Part shown: positions 23,336-36,822 of the stretch, piece after piece
Numbering within the stretch: position 1 is the stretch's first letter
Layout: each line of letters starts with the position of its first letter
NCBI GenBank assembly: GCA_043228905.1
Contig: JBHGNT010000021.1
Coordinates: 12,276,001-12,340,000 of the forward strand
DNA length: 64,000 nt
Direction: 5' to 3'
Origin: Azolla caroliniana
Taxonomy: Eukaryota > Plantae > Polypodiophyta
The notes under the pieces: generated by a model
What the model was told of the DNA's origin: nothing
What the model saw: only the letters and a program-made list of their open reading frames with translations
Databases searched by the model: none
Made by a program: the position numbers and the translations under genes

Positions 23336-24570
23336 CAGTATGTGCCTGACGGTCCTTCTCGACTCAAAGTCATGCAACAATGTCATGACACACCAATGGC
23401 GGGACACTTCGGCATCCACAAGACTTTTGAGTTGATTTCTCGCCGATATTGGTGGCCACGGCTTCGCCATTTTGTTACGGATTATGTTCGTAGCTGTGAT
23501 ACATGTTGCCGATCAAAAAAGCCTCGACATCATCCATATGGCTTATTACAGCCAATGCCTATTCCGGAGAGCCCATGGAAATCTATTTCCTTGGACTTTA
23601 TTACGGATCTTCCACCTTCCAAGGGATTTGATTCGATTCTCACGGTTGTCGATCGTTTTACGAAGATGGCACATTTCCTTCCATGCACAAAGACCATTAC
23701 TAGTCAAGAGACAGCTGATTTACTCATGCGGGAGGTGTTTCGCCATCATGGTCTTCCGGATGATATTATCAGTGATCGGGGTCCCCAATTCATCTCGAAA
23801 TTTTGGCGGCACATGTTCAAACTCTTACATACTTCTTGTAAACTCTCTTCCGGCTACCATCTAGAGACTAATGGGCAGAGTGAGCGCACCAACCAAACAG
23901 TCGAGCAATATCTACGTTGTTTTGTCAACTATCAACAAGATGATTGGGTGGATTTACTACCTTTGGCAGAATTTGCTTATAACAACTCCGAGCATTCTTC
24001 TACTGGATATTCCCCATTTTTTGCAAACATTGGGTACCATCCTCGTTGGACGATGCTTGAACATCCTGAACTCCCAAAAAACCCAGCTGTTGAAGATCGG
24101 CTCACTCGACTCCAAGAAGTTCAGGATATGCTTTTGCATCATTTATGTGAAGCCCAAAACACTCAAAAGAAGATTGCTGACCGTCATCGGCGTGATTCAT
24201 CGACTACATTTCAAGTAGGCGATCGTGTATGGCTCTTACAAGGTAGCATTAAAACGACCCGACCTTGCTACAAATTGGATTATCAACGTTTTGGCCCATA
24301 TGTCATAAGTGGTAAGATCAATGATGTGACATTTCGTCTTGATCTTCCTCCTCATATGCGTCTTCACCCGGTCTTCCATGTTTCACTTTTGGAGCCCTAC
24401 ACAACGAGCTCTATTCCGGGTCGTGTTACACCTCCCCCACCTCCAATTGACGTTTCCAATGGCTCTGAATATGAGGTTGCCGCTATCCTCGACTCCAAGA
24501 TCATTCGCAACAAACTATACTACTTGGTTGATTGGTTAGGCTATACACCTAATGATCGAACATGGGAGCC
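22078..24570 (+). repeat. 1233-bp tandem duplication of integrase-chromodomain (22078-23310 / 23338-24570) with a 27-nt LTR-derived spacer
   Basis: Direct sequence identity at offset 1260, about 5 substitutions seen; spacer equals LTR bases 18055-18081; the second copy gives ORF 23342-24700 with a complete chromodomain. Confidence 0.95.
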
Positions 24571-27504
24571 TGCCGAACATCTTGCCAATGCCTCCGACAT
24601 GGTTGTTGCATTTCACAACCAATATCCTCATAAACCAAGTCTGAACTCTTTTCTTCCGACTCGTGCAACTCGTCATCGAAAAGGGGGGATAATGTCATGA
24701 AGACATACATCTTGGCTTATCATGACATTCATCTTGGCGAACCAGGAATCGAACCCATAACCTCTTGGTTTACATATTGTACTTTAACCATTGTAATAAC
24801 ATATGTGAGATGTAATCATAATAATTATATGTTTAGTTATTACGAGATATTTAGAACATTCTAGATTATTCTAGAATGTTCTTGAATATTTCATGATTAT
24901 ATTTATTATTATTATTATTCATAAATATCTAAAATATTCTAGAACATTCTAGAATACTCCATAAGGGCCTATAAATAAGAGTCCATACACTCATCACAAC
25001 TCATTCGGTTCAACACCAGTCTTTAGCCCTTAGCCTACTCCTTGTAATCTTCTTTCTCATAATATAATCGCATTCCCATTTCTTATCTCTCACTTATACT
25101 TTTCTCTCTCTCGCACTCTCTCCCTCTTTCACTCTCTTTTGCTATCACTATCGCTATCTCTACCGCTCTCGCCATCTCTATCGTTATCGTTATCTCTATC
25201 GCCATCGCTTTCTCTCTGCTTCCTACTCAAGAGTCACGACAGCCGGGACTGTACCGGGACGTGCATCAGTTCGTGACAACTTGCGAGAGCTGTTAGATGC
25301 ACTCCATAGTTCGACATCGGGACGAGCTTCACCCTACGTACCCTCCGACCATCCACTTCAAATGGATGGTAGATCTGGTGACGATGCCGATGGGAGTAGG
25401 ACAGATGTGGTATCTAGTCTTGGCCTGGGAAGACCTGACGAACCAGGTAGAAGGCCGAGCCCTTCAGAACAAAACGACCACAGCCGTATGTCGGTTCCTG
25501 ATCGAGGACGTGATATGCCGGTACGGGTGCATCGGGAAGATCGTGGCTGATCGCAGGGAGTTGGACGCCGAAGAAGCCGAAGAGCTGTTCGACCAGCTAG
25601 GAGTCAAGCTCTCGCTTACCACTGCGTACAATCCGGAGGCGAATGGAAAGGTGGAGCGCGGACACGGACCGATTGTCAAGGCGTTAGTTCGGGCATGCGG
25701 AGGTCAAGTCGGGAACTGGCCGCGGCTACTGCCTTACGCGTTGTGGGCTGACCGGACTACGCATAGTTCGGTAACCGGATTCATGCCAACAGAGCTCATG
25801 TTTGGGCAGAAGCCGATCATGCCGATCGAACGTACGGTCTCCTCATGGGCAACCGTGGACTGGAGAGACGAGATGAGCCGGGAGGAACTGTTGACGGCGC
25901 GCATACGACAGCTCGAGCGGAGACCGGAGGACGTGGAGCAGGCTGCGGAAAAGCTTCGGGTGGCCAGGATGAGGAACAAAGCCCGGTTTGACCAGACGCA
26001 CCGGCTCCGACCGAAGAAGATCGAGGAAGGCGACTGGGTGCTAGTCTACAACAGCAGCCTCGACAACCAACACCGAGTGACACGGAAGTTCGCAAGAAGG
26101 TGGTTCGGGCCTTACGTGGTACAAAGCGCCAACGACAACGGGACGTACCATCTGGCGGAACTCGACGGCTCGAGAATGGCGGTACCGGTAGCTGGGAAGC
26201 GGATCAAAACGTTCAAGAAGCGTCACGACGACGAGCCGGATCCGGATAACCTGGACCAGGACGACGGACGATCCAAAACCGAAGAAGAACCGACGAGTGG
26301 GAAATAAAGGTTGGACCGGTTTTCTCCATCCCAACTCGATTTGGCGCATGCCGGTGGATGCGCGGTTAGGTGGGGGTGGATGTCGTGAAGAAAACCGTCC
26401 ACAAGCGGAATCGGTGCACCAGAGCGTAGGAACCGGCTCTTCATGCACGTGCGCCTTATGTTGTACATAGGAGATCCTAGGCGGGCAGATTCGATAGGTA
26501 GGAAGTAAAGGGGAAACGGCTCCTTCCTTGCCTATAAAAGGAGGGAGACGAGGAGGAGAAAGGGATCGCGGAGAGTCGAGGACGAAGTGCTGTCGGTTTG
26601 GGTGCGAAGGCTTCTCTCTCTCTGGTTCGCAAACTCCATAGCTTCCTTCTGTGCAGGTTTCGGGAGGCTCGCGCTGCTCTGAGGAATGCCTGAGTGCTTC
26701 CGGCAGCACCTCCAACCTACTCCTTCATCTCTGTGCGTTCGCCGGCCTGTTCGGTTGCAACCGACTTCGTGTTTTGTTGTTTGTCTTTGTTAATACATAC
26801 ATACATTCGTGTCTCTCTGTGTCGCTATCCCACTCGCTTCTTTGTGTCGAAGGGCCGTGTCCCTGTGAATCTACTCTCGCACGTAGTGGGTCTCTTCTCC
26901 TTTCTCTCTTGCTCTTCGGTACAGGACCCCCGAGGTCCCGCGTCATTCCACGCATCCGCGAGGAATACCTCGACAACGCGCATGCTCCCAAGAACCTCCG
27001 AACCTCCGTGACCGAGCTACAGTTGTGCTTTATCACCGAGCTATAGTCGTGCTTCATCGCGGAGATGGCTTCTACCTTAGCCGGAGATGGTTTCCGGCCG
27101 TACGACCTGCATAGGTGTCCGACGACCATGATCTCTAATTGCGCGAAGGCCGATTTCTCCCCGGAGAAGGTGAGCCTCGCGCCCTCTAACCTCTACAGCA
27201 CCTTCTCGCAGTCATCGATGTGCGTCGCCACGAATTTCCGGCACCCATCCGGCCCGATCGTATCGTCCTTTTCCTCCACCGGGCATCCCTTGATCGGGAT
27301 GTCGTCCAAGAACAGCATGGTGATGTCCGGAATGCAGTCCCTGAGCACTTTGTTCATTGCGTTCACCATGTGAGCCACTGAGTTCATCCCTCCTTGTGGC
27401 AGGGTATTCATCCGCACTAGGCCGAGAGGAGTCCGCATCGTCGTAATGTCTCTTCTCCCCACGGCTAGTTGGAACTGATCGTACCCCAAGTACAGATCAC
27501 CGAC

Positions 27505-30233
27505 TATCATGATATGGCAAGACTCGAACCCATGACCTTATGCTACATGGGTCGAGCTCTTACCATTAGACTATGAATTGTAATACGTAGGATATTATTT
27601 TCATTTATGCTTTATCATAGAAAATTGATGTATATTCCAGATCTCTTTGGAACATTCTAGAAGCTTCGGGATTATTCCTGAGAACACTATAAAAGAGGGC
27701 ACTAGGCATTATGTTGAACCAAATTGGTTCAACGCCAGTCTTAAGCCTTTTAGCCATTTTGTACTTATCCTTCACATAATATATTGGCTGTCATCATCAT
27801 CTCTCTCTCTCTCTCTCTCATCCTCGCTATCTCTCCTTTCGCTTCTCTCTTTCTCTCTCTCTCTCTCGGGAGTCTTACGCAGTACCGTCCTCTTAGTACT
27901 AATAGTACTTCTCTTCTTTAGTACTAATTCCATCTCTGCTTAGTACTATTCCTGACAGTTTGAACCAATTTCTTTCTCCAACCTACTTGTCGTTCTCCCT
28001 CATCCTCCTACCCTTTTCCCTATACTATGGCTACTGTTAGCGCCCAAGAATATCAATCCATTTTCTCCGAGCTACAGTGCTTAAAAGAAAAATTTGTTGC
28101 CTTGGAACAAGAAAACCAACGGCTGATAGGGGATTTGCAACAAATCGCTCTAGAAAAACAACAAACGCAGCAACATCGTGGGGAGTTAGCGTTACGGGTG
28201 CAACAACTCGAAGCGGCATTGCAACAACAAGGATCAAGTCCCCAAGGATTTCATAAAGAGCCGAAGATTGGACTTCCTGTGAAATTTGATGGAACGCAAT
28301 CGCAATTCAGGGGATTCCTTAATCAGGTACGATTAGTCCTCCAAATGCACCCTTCCCGTTATCCCAATGATGCATCCCGAGTCGGCTTAATAGGCACATT
28401 GCTTAGCGGCTCAGCCTTAGCATGGTTCGCTCCGCTTCTAGAAAAACAATCGCCTTTGCTTAATAACTTTGAAGATTTTATTAGTGAGTTTAAAGCCTGC
28501 TTTGGAGACACCGACAGCATCAGGATGGCGATCAACAAGATCCGGTGATTGCATCAAGGCGATCGTCCAGCCTCTGCCTACGCGGTGGATTTCCGCCTAC
28601 TTGCTTCAGATATACCCTGGGATGATCAAGCACTAATGGAGCAGTTTCGCTATGGCTTGCGAAACGATGTCAAAGATCTACTTCTAACTTTCCCCGAAGA
28701 ACCAAAGTCTCTTACGGAGGCAATTAGTCGAGCGGTCCGATGTGACAACCGCCTTTTCAAACGGCGTTCAGAACGTCAATTACAGATACCACGCTCTAGG
28801 CCGGAGACCACTTACGCCGCAGTCGCGGCTAAACCGTTTGCACGAGACATACCTCAAGCAAATACTTCGACACCGATGGAGATCGATACCATGCGTCGAC
28901 GCGGCCCGTTATCGGAAGAAGAAAAGCAACGACGACGTGCCAATCGATTATGTCTTTATTGCGGTGGACCAGGACATATCGCCATCAATTGTCCCCGAGT
29001 CAATTCTTCCCTTCAGAGTGTCTGATAGTATTAATAGTACTAATAGAGTGTTAGATAGTATTCATAGTACTAATAGCCCAAGTATCTCAAATAAATTTGA
29101 AATCCTTAGTCAATTAGATGAAGAGTTAAACGATTGAGTCCAGCCAAAATAGGAGTCGTTTGGTTGGACAACAGCCCTAGATCTGTACAGCCCATTAGTG
29201 GTTCCATTCCTTCCAAGCAAGTTAGCAATGTGTTCCTAGCCCAAGTCATTGTTAGTACTAAAAGTACTCCCCCAGTACCCGTCCTAGCACTTTTAGATTC
29301 CTGAGCTAATTCCTATTTCATGGATCGAAATTTTGCCCAAGCTTCTCAGATATCCTTAAGAAAACTTCATTGTCCCGCATCTGTAGTAGTCATTGATGGT
29401 CGTCCCATTGCTTCCGGGAATATTGTAGAAGAATCAGAACCCATTCAAGTTGTCCTAGGTAGTTTTGTGTGTATAATATCATTTAATATAATTAGTAGTC
29501 CAGAGCATCCCATTGTCCTAGGATTACCTTGGTTTGAATTACATAATCCAGCCATAGATTGGAGAACAAGAGAAGTCCGATATCGACCACCCCAAGAATC
29601 AACTCACCGAGTTTCGACCATTTCACTCCATCAACTACGCGAAGAAGGACCCAAGGAGGCAATGTTCCTATTTGCCATATCAGTACATCCTTCTAGCACT
29701 ATTAAGGACTCCTCAGTACAACTTCCGGCAAAATATCATCCTTATGCCGATGTATTTGACAAGGTAAAAGCCGGTACCCTTCCTCATCATCGTCCCTATG
29801 ACTGTCCAATCGATTTACAACCAGGAACCGAGCCACCATGGGGACCAATTTACAACTTGTCACCCACCGAGTTAGAAGTCCTTCGAGCCTACATAGAGGA
29901 GAACTTGGCAAGCGGGTTCATCCGTCATTCGAAATCTCCGGCCGGTGCACCCCTCTTCTTTGTCAAGAAGAAAGATGGCTCACTTCGTCTCGTCGTTGAT
30001 TACCGCGGATTGAATAAAGTCACCATCCAGAATAGGTATGCACTTCCTCTTATATCAAGTCTTTTAGAGCGAGTTAATGGTGCCAAGTTTTTTACTAAAA
30101 TCGACCTACGAGGAGCGTATAACCTCATGCGGATCTGACCGGGAGATGAATGGAAGACTGCCTTTCACACGCGGTATGGGCATTTCGAGTATACTGTTAT
30201 GCCGTTCGGCCTAACCAATGCACCCGCAGTCTT
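27505..30233 (+). mobile_element. 5' half of a Tcn1-like chromovirus (family 2): LTR 27505-27957, gag, PR, start of RT
   Basis: TATCATGA...CCTGACA LTR, self-priming PBS, gag 28027-29137 with a stop and a frameshift, pol breaks off in RT at ~30233. Confidence 0.92.
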
Positions 30234-30243
30234 TTTGTAAGCG

Positions 30244-33200
30244 GTCTCACTTTTGTAAGCGGTCTTCCCTCCTTGTGCTATAAAAGGAGAGAGAAGGCAC
30301 CATTGTGGGGGTTGCCCATTTTGCATTAGAGGGTATACCGTTAGGTTTAGAGTTAGCTTCTTCTTCTTCTCCCCCTTCGTGTTCGCTTAGGGTTTGCTGC
30401 AGCTCATCTCCTGCGCAAGACCCCGCTCGGCGCGACGAGCCCATGAGCTCCCCGACGGCGGCTTGGCAGCAAACGACTACTGTAACCTACCTCAGTCCGG
30501 CTCGAAGCCGGGAATGTATTCTTCTTCTATATAAATATATATACGTTTGCGTCTGTCTGTGTATATTGGCGTCTTTGTTGGTGTCGGGTGCTTCCCCTTT
30601 CCTGCGTTTCCTGTACATGAGGGTGTGAGCTGTGTGTGTGTGCGTGTGTGTGCGTGCGTGCGCGTGAGTCGGTGTCAAGCGCACGCTCCCTCTCTTTCTC
30701 TCTCTCCCTTCGATTGCTTCCGGTGTGCTTCTGGGATGCCCCGGAAACGGTGAAGTGCGACTTCCTACGCTCCGTCGCTCCCTAGTCCAAGACCCCCGTG
30801 GTCCCGCCTTTCTCCACGCACGCGCGTAACAACGCGACAATGCATGCGTGGAGAACAAGGCGGGACCACTGGGGTCTTGGACCGAGGAATGGGTGAGAAA
30901 AGGGAGAGAGAGCGACGGTCACACACGTATAGACAAAGAAGCGCACGGGGACGCGGCCCAACAACATAGGAGACACGAGTTGAGCAGGAAATAGAGTATA
31001 AGAACACTAGTGTACGTATATAAATGTATGTATGCAGACGACTCGAACGGTTACAACCGATCAGGTCTGCGAGACGGATGCCGACGCCTGATCACCCACG
31101 CACACAGGGGAGCAAGATGGAGATTCTGCCGGAAGCACACGGGCGTTCCACGGAGCAGGATCAGCCTCTCGAGAACCTGTGCAAAAGACAGCTATGGAGA
31201 ACGACAAAGAAGAAGAGCTCGGTCCTAGTCCGACAACACTTCATCCCCTCTAGTGCGCGCCCCCTCTCTCTCCCCGTCTCCCTCTCTTTTATAGCTCAAG
31301 GAGGGAGGCCGTTTCACCCATTTACATCACATTAATTCTCTGTCCTTTCGGACAGAGATACTCCTCGATTCCCCCTACAGAATATTGCTACCTAGGATTT
31401 GACTTTTGTGCCTACCTATCTAGTATACAACAAGGGGCGTGTCCACGTGTAAGGCCCGGTCCACACACGCGATACACGGTTTGTGCCTGGGGACGGTTTT
31501 CTTCACGACATCCGCCCCCACCTAACCGCGCATCCACTGGTATGCGCCAAAATTGGGTTCCTACTGGAGAAAACCGGTCCTTGCTTTTAATCCTCGTTTA
31601 CCGGTTCGTCCTCTGCCTCGGGCTGCTCGTCGTTGCTGTCCATGCCCCCTAGCTCCGACTCACCGTCGTGTCGTTTCTTGAACGCTTTGATCCTCTTCCC
31701 CGCTACTGGTCTCGCCATTCTCGTACCGTCGAGCTCCGCGAGATGGTACGTCCCATTGTTGTTGGCGACTGTTACTACGTAAGGCCCAAACCACCTCCTC
31801 GCAAACTTCCGCGTGGCCTTGTGCTGATTGTCGAGGCTGCTGTCATAGACTAGGACCCAGTCGCCTTCCTCGATCTTCCTTGGCCGGAGCCGGTGCGTTC
31901 GGTCGAACCGGGCTTTGTTCCTTACCCTTGCTACCCGAAGTTTCTCCGCGGGTCGCTCTACACCCTCCGGACTCCGCTCGAGCTGTCGAATACGCGTCGT
32001 CAACAGTTCCTCCCAGCTCATCTCATTCCTCCAGTCCATCGTGGCCCACGAGGAGATCGTTCGCTCCGTTGGCATGATCGGCTTCTGTCCGAACATAAGC
32101 TCTGCCGGCATGAACCCGGTTACCGAACTATGCGTAGTCCGGTCCGCCCACAAGGCATAAGGTAGCAGCCGTGGCCAGTTCCTGACTTGGCCTCCGCACG
32201 CCCGTACTAGCGCTTTGACAATCGGCCCGTGTCCGCGCTCTACCTTCCCGTTCGCCTCCGGATTGTACACTATGGTGAGCGAAAGTTAGACTCCTAGCCG
32301 ATCGAACAGCTCTTCGGCCTTTTCTGCGTCCAACTCACCACGGTCAGCCACGATCTTCCCTATGCACCTATATCGACATACCACGTCCTCAATCAGAAAC
32401 CGGCACACGGCTACAATCGTCTTGTTCTATAGGGCTCGGCCTTCAACCTGGTTCGTTAGATCCTCCCGAGCCAACACCAGATACCGCATCTGTCCTACCC
32501 CCATTGGCATCGTCACCAAATCCACCATCCACTTGAAGTGGACGGTCGGAGGGTAGGTTGGGTGAAGCTCGTCCCGGTGTTGGATCATGGAGTGCACCTG
32601 ACAGCTTTCGCAAGTCGTCACGAACCGATGCACGTCCCGGTACAGTCTCGGCCACCAGTACTTCCCCTTTAGCTTTTCGAACGTGGCCCACGTTCCACGG
32701 TATCCAGCCCAAGGACTATCGTGGTATGCCGCCAGCAAATCCTCATGTTCCTCCTTCTTCGCCACCACTCGGAGCGGGATGTCGTTCCTCCTCTTCGGGT
32801 GCTTCCATATGTACCCGTCCCGGAGAAAGAATCGGTACGCTTTCTTCCGAATACGGTTGGCCTCATCCTTTGTCCATGCCGCGTCCGGTGTCATTGTTTT
32901 CAGGAACCCGCCGATTTGCAGCCACTCCCCGTTGTACTTGCTCTCGTCGAAATCGTTAAGCGTTGGAGTGCATTCCCTGTCGGTCGGTTGTTACGTAAGC
33001 CGCCTCGAAGAAGTCCACGCCGACTTCCTCGTCCTCCGAAACCATGCCACCCTCGTTTTCGAACCTTGCCCTTGAAAGCATGTCGGCCATGGCATTGTCT
33101 TTCTCGGAAATGTGTCGTACTTCCGGATTCAGGGACTTGATGTACGCTATCCACCTGAGCATTGCCAGGTCCGGCGTCGCGCATCCGGAAACCATGCCAA

Positions 33201-36200
33201 GAATTGGCAGGCAGTCCGTCTCGATAATTACCTTTGTCCCGATCAGGTAGTCTCTATCGGCCTTTACCGCCGAAACGATACCCCAGAGCTCGCGTTTAAC
33301 CTGGGCGTATCCTCGATGTCGCTCGCTGAGGACCTTCGCGCCAAACCGGATCGGGAAGCGCACGCCGTCCTCGTCCTCTTGGTTGACAACCCATCCGATC
33401 CCGGTTGGACTCGTGTCTACCGTTACGTAAATTGGGGTGGCCGGAGCTGCGGCAAGTGCTTCCTTCATCTTTCGGACAGACTCCATATGCTCGTCTCTCC
33501 ACTCGAATTTTCGCCCTTTTTTTAGCAACCCGTATAACGGCTCCGCAACGTGGGCGTAATGCGGGATCCATACGTGGTAGAACGCTGTCGTGAAGAAAAC
33601 CGTCCACAAGCGGAATCGGTGCACTAGAGCGTAGGAACCGGCTCTTCATGCACGTGCGCCTTATGTTGTACATAGGAGATCCTAGGCGGGCAGATTCGGT
33701 AGGTAGGAAGTAAAGGGGAAACGGCTCCTTCCTTGCCTATAAAAGGAGGGAGACGAGGAGGAGAAAGGGATCGCGGAGAGTCGAGGACGAAGTGCTGTCG
33801 GTTTGGGTGCGAAGGCTTCTCTCTCTCTGGTTCGCAAACTCCATAGCTTCCTTCTGTGCAGGTTTCGGGAGGCTCGCGCTGCTCTGAGGAATGCCCGAGT
33901 GCTTCCGGCAGCACCTCCAACCTACTCCTTCATCTCTGTGCGTTTACGAACAGGTATCGGCATCTGTTCGCCGGCCTGTTTTGTTGTAACCGACTTTGTG
34001 TTTTGTTGTTTGTCTTTGTTAATACATACATACATTCGTGTCTCTCTGTGTCGCTGTCCCACTCGCTTCTTTGTGTCGAAGGGCCGTGTCCCTGTGAATC
34101 TACTCTCGCACGTAGTGGGTCTCTTCTCCTTTCTCTCTTGCTCTTCGGTACAGGACCCCTGAGGTCCCGCCTCATTCCACGCATCCGCGAGGAATACCTC
34201 GACATCTTTGGTGAACCCGACATGAAGGAGGCGGCAGAAGAGCAGAAGATGAAAGGGTCGGATCTTGCGGAGGCCATGGCTTCGGCCGTGGATCGGATAT
34301 TGAGGGCACGCGAGGGCTCCGGTGCCCTCGACAGAGCCATTGAGGCGGTCGTCGGTACAATCGGCCGGTTCAGCGGAAAGGATGCCACGAAGTATTTGGC
34401 GTCCTACGGGGAAGAAATGCTGATGCGGGACATTCCGGAAGAGAGGCGTCTTGCCGGGTTTCCTCGAGTGGCGATGCCGAGCATCCATGCGGAGGTGCTC
34501 GAGGTGCGGGCGGAGAGCCGTACCTGGGAGGAGTTCGAAGGCCGACTCCTAGAAAAATACGGGCTGGACGACGCGCTCTGGCTTTCGAAACGGGACTTCA
34601 TGGAATGGGTGGAGGCCCCCAGCAAGGGAAGAAACGCGACGGCACTCCTCCGGAAGTTCGAAGAACGCTTTGCGCGCCTTTCGACGCTTGACCGAACCGT
34701 TCTGGATACGAGCCGGGTCCTACTATTCGTCAAGTCGGTGGACGAGCGGGACCAAGTCGGCTCCTTGCTGGAAACCGAGGACGGGCTGACAACCGACTGG
34801 GCAGCGGTTAAGAGAGTCTGTGGCCGTTTCGATAAACGGCGAGAATGGGCTGACAACGGGGTGGCCGGTGCGGACTCTGTCACGGCAAGGAGGCTTGAAC
34901 CGGCGCCGCAAGTGCGAAGGGAAGAAACCCGGGAATGGCTCGAAACCGGTCAGGCTTCGACCGGCATGGTCAATGGCTCGTCCGGAGGAGCAGCATTGGA
35001 GGAGTTGACGCGGGCGATAAAGGATCTCCACATCGCCCAGACTCGAAGGGAAGGCGGCGAACCGGCTCGTGACCAACGACCGGCAGCAGGGAACAGGTGC
35101 ATGTGGTGCGACGAGGTCGGCCACATTCGGAAGGACTGCGGCGATTTCGTAGAGGCGTTGAGGAACCGGGTGGTGTACCTGTGGGAATGCCGGGTGCACG
35201 CCGGCGACACCAGGAGGGCCCTGAACCGAAACGACGGGCGAGGAGGAATGAAGAGACTGATGGAAGAGGCAGCGGCCCGACACGTGGAGGCCATCCACTA
35301 CTCGGCATCGGTCGGCATTCGGGTCGGGGGCAGCGAGGCCCGAAAGGAGGGCAAAGACGGATTCTAGTCGGCAATGCTGGAAGGTCTTGCCGGCGCACGG
35401 CTAAGGAAAGATGAAACGGACCGTGTTGAGAGACGGGTCCGGGAAATAACCGGGTGGAGCGATCCGGTCGAGGAGAAGACGGGCTTCGTAGAAGCCGCCT
35501 GCCGGAACTACGAGGCTCTGGTAGAAGACAAGCGAGTGGGGAAAGTCGGAGCGGTCGGGCCCTCACAACGATACGAGACCCCATTCGGGCAACGACGGAA
35601 CGATGCCGGTGGGTCCAGCTCGCAAGATAACCCCAGTAAGGGCGGATACCGACTGGGGACAGAAATAGAAAGGACTACGGACCTACGAAAGGTCCTGGAA
35701 GAACGGATCCTCGACAGCAAAGTGGAGCTGTCATTACGGGAGGTGCTAGGGATCGCCAAGAAGGAGTTCCACGACTCCATTGTGGACCTGGTGAAACGGA
35801 AGAGGCTGTCGACGGAGACGGAACCGGAAAGACCGGTGGAGGTGCGGACAACGCACATCGACGACATGGCGATGGAAGACGAGTGGGTGGAGAGCCACTA
35901 TTCGAGGCCACACTGGGCCCGAGCGACCACGGAGACCCCGGTAAAGATCGCAGATGTTCAGGAATTGGTGGTGGCATTGGTGGACCACGGTTCGGAAATA
36001 AACCTAATGTCCATGGACTTCTATAAGAAGGGGAAGTGGCCGATCAACACCAAGCACGGGTGGAAGATACGGGCGGCGACGTGCGCCACCGAGGAACTGC
36101 ATGGGGCCTGCCCGAACGTGCGAGTCAAGATCGGCGACGTCGAGGTTGACCCTTCTTCGTATAGGAGACGTCCTCGCACCCGGTCATATTAGGGGAACCA

Positions 36201-36458
36201 TACATCACGGCGGCGCGAATGGAGACCAAGGTGCTGGACAACGGTTCGGCCTACGCGATGGTCAAAAGCCAGGACGGGCGTCATTCGGTCCAATTTCTGA
36301 CGGTGCGACCGAACCACGAGCGAAACCGCGAATCCCTCGGTGGCGAGAACCGGGAGGATTTTTAGAGAGGGCTGCCAAGGCGTGGGGCCGAGACAGTCCG
36401 GACACTCGGGAAAGTCCCCACGACTATACGATAGGTAGGGGATTTTGCTTCTCCGACA
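30244..36458 (+). repeat. 6.2-kb segmental duplicate of 9634-15747 (B 3' LTR part, C LTR/IN/RH, A1 5' LTR and gag-PR)
   Basis: Collinear near-identity including the B|C and C|A1 junctions; filler DNA at both ends. Confidence 0.96.
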
Positions 36459-36559
36459 CTCGGGAAAGTCCCCACGACTGTCCGGACACTCGGGAAGTTT
36501 CTCCGCGGGTCGCTTTTATAGCACAAGGAGGGAAGACCGCTTACAAAAGTGAGACTCCT

Positions 36560-36783
36560 TTCCAGCAGAGGCTCTTCCCCCCTTTTTGTTTTGTTTCTGG
36601 GAGTCGAGTGAGTGTTGTCTGTGTGTGTGAGTAGGATCGCCGTGTCGGGTCCATCGCCGCCTTGCCAGTTGTAACCGTCAGAGTTGTATTCTCTTATTAT
36701 TGTATTCTCTTGTCGTTGTAAACTCTTGTTATTGAAATCGAGTGTTACGTTCTATATCTCTCCTTCTCGCTTTGCGTATCTAC

Positions 36784-36822
<39 letters not shown>

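Larger units (their letters stand above)
18047..25241 (+). mobile_element. Young, near-intact Tcn1/Tf1-like chromovirus (family 1)
   Basis: 549-bp LTRs 18047-18595 and 24693-25241, almost identical; 5-bp TSD GCCGG; PPT AAAAGGGGGGATAA; gag and pol ORFs open. Confidence 0.97.
15645..26307 (+). pseudogene. RT-RH-IN of A1 (-1 frame relative to gag-PR), disrupted
   Basis: MPFLDDIPIKG RT, RNase H, integrase with GPY motif, no chromodomain; stop at ~16086, frameshift at ~17388, chromovirus insertion after 18046. Confidence 0.92.
12865..26975 (+). mobile_element. Full-length GC-rich Ty3/gypsy element A1 (non-chromovirus), interrupted by a chromovirus at 18047-25241
   Basis: LTRs 12865-13483 and 26381-26975, PBS 13488, PPT 26364-26380, 4-bp TSD ATGC/ACGC. 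Confidence 0.95.
5856..27504 (-). mobile_element. GC-rich gypsy element C (3' half), host of B and A1; pieces 5856-5873, 10119-12864 and 26980-27504
   Basis: 3' LTR split by B (5856-5873 plus 10119-10789), PPT 10790-10806, IN/RH 10866-12864, RT resumes at 26980 after the A1 TSD; cut at 27505 by a chromovirus. Confidence 0.85.

Noticed and set aside
27010-27058. 24-bp tandem repeat near the A1 junction as a possible CRISPR-like or targeting repeat
   Set aside because: A single in-frame local duplication in the RT of C; absent at the A2 site
1687-30233. Idea that 1687-5540 and 27505-30233 are two halves of one chromovirus
   Set aside because: They overlap in PR-RT with many differences, and their flanks (GGCGT versus CCGAC) are not a TSD pair
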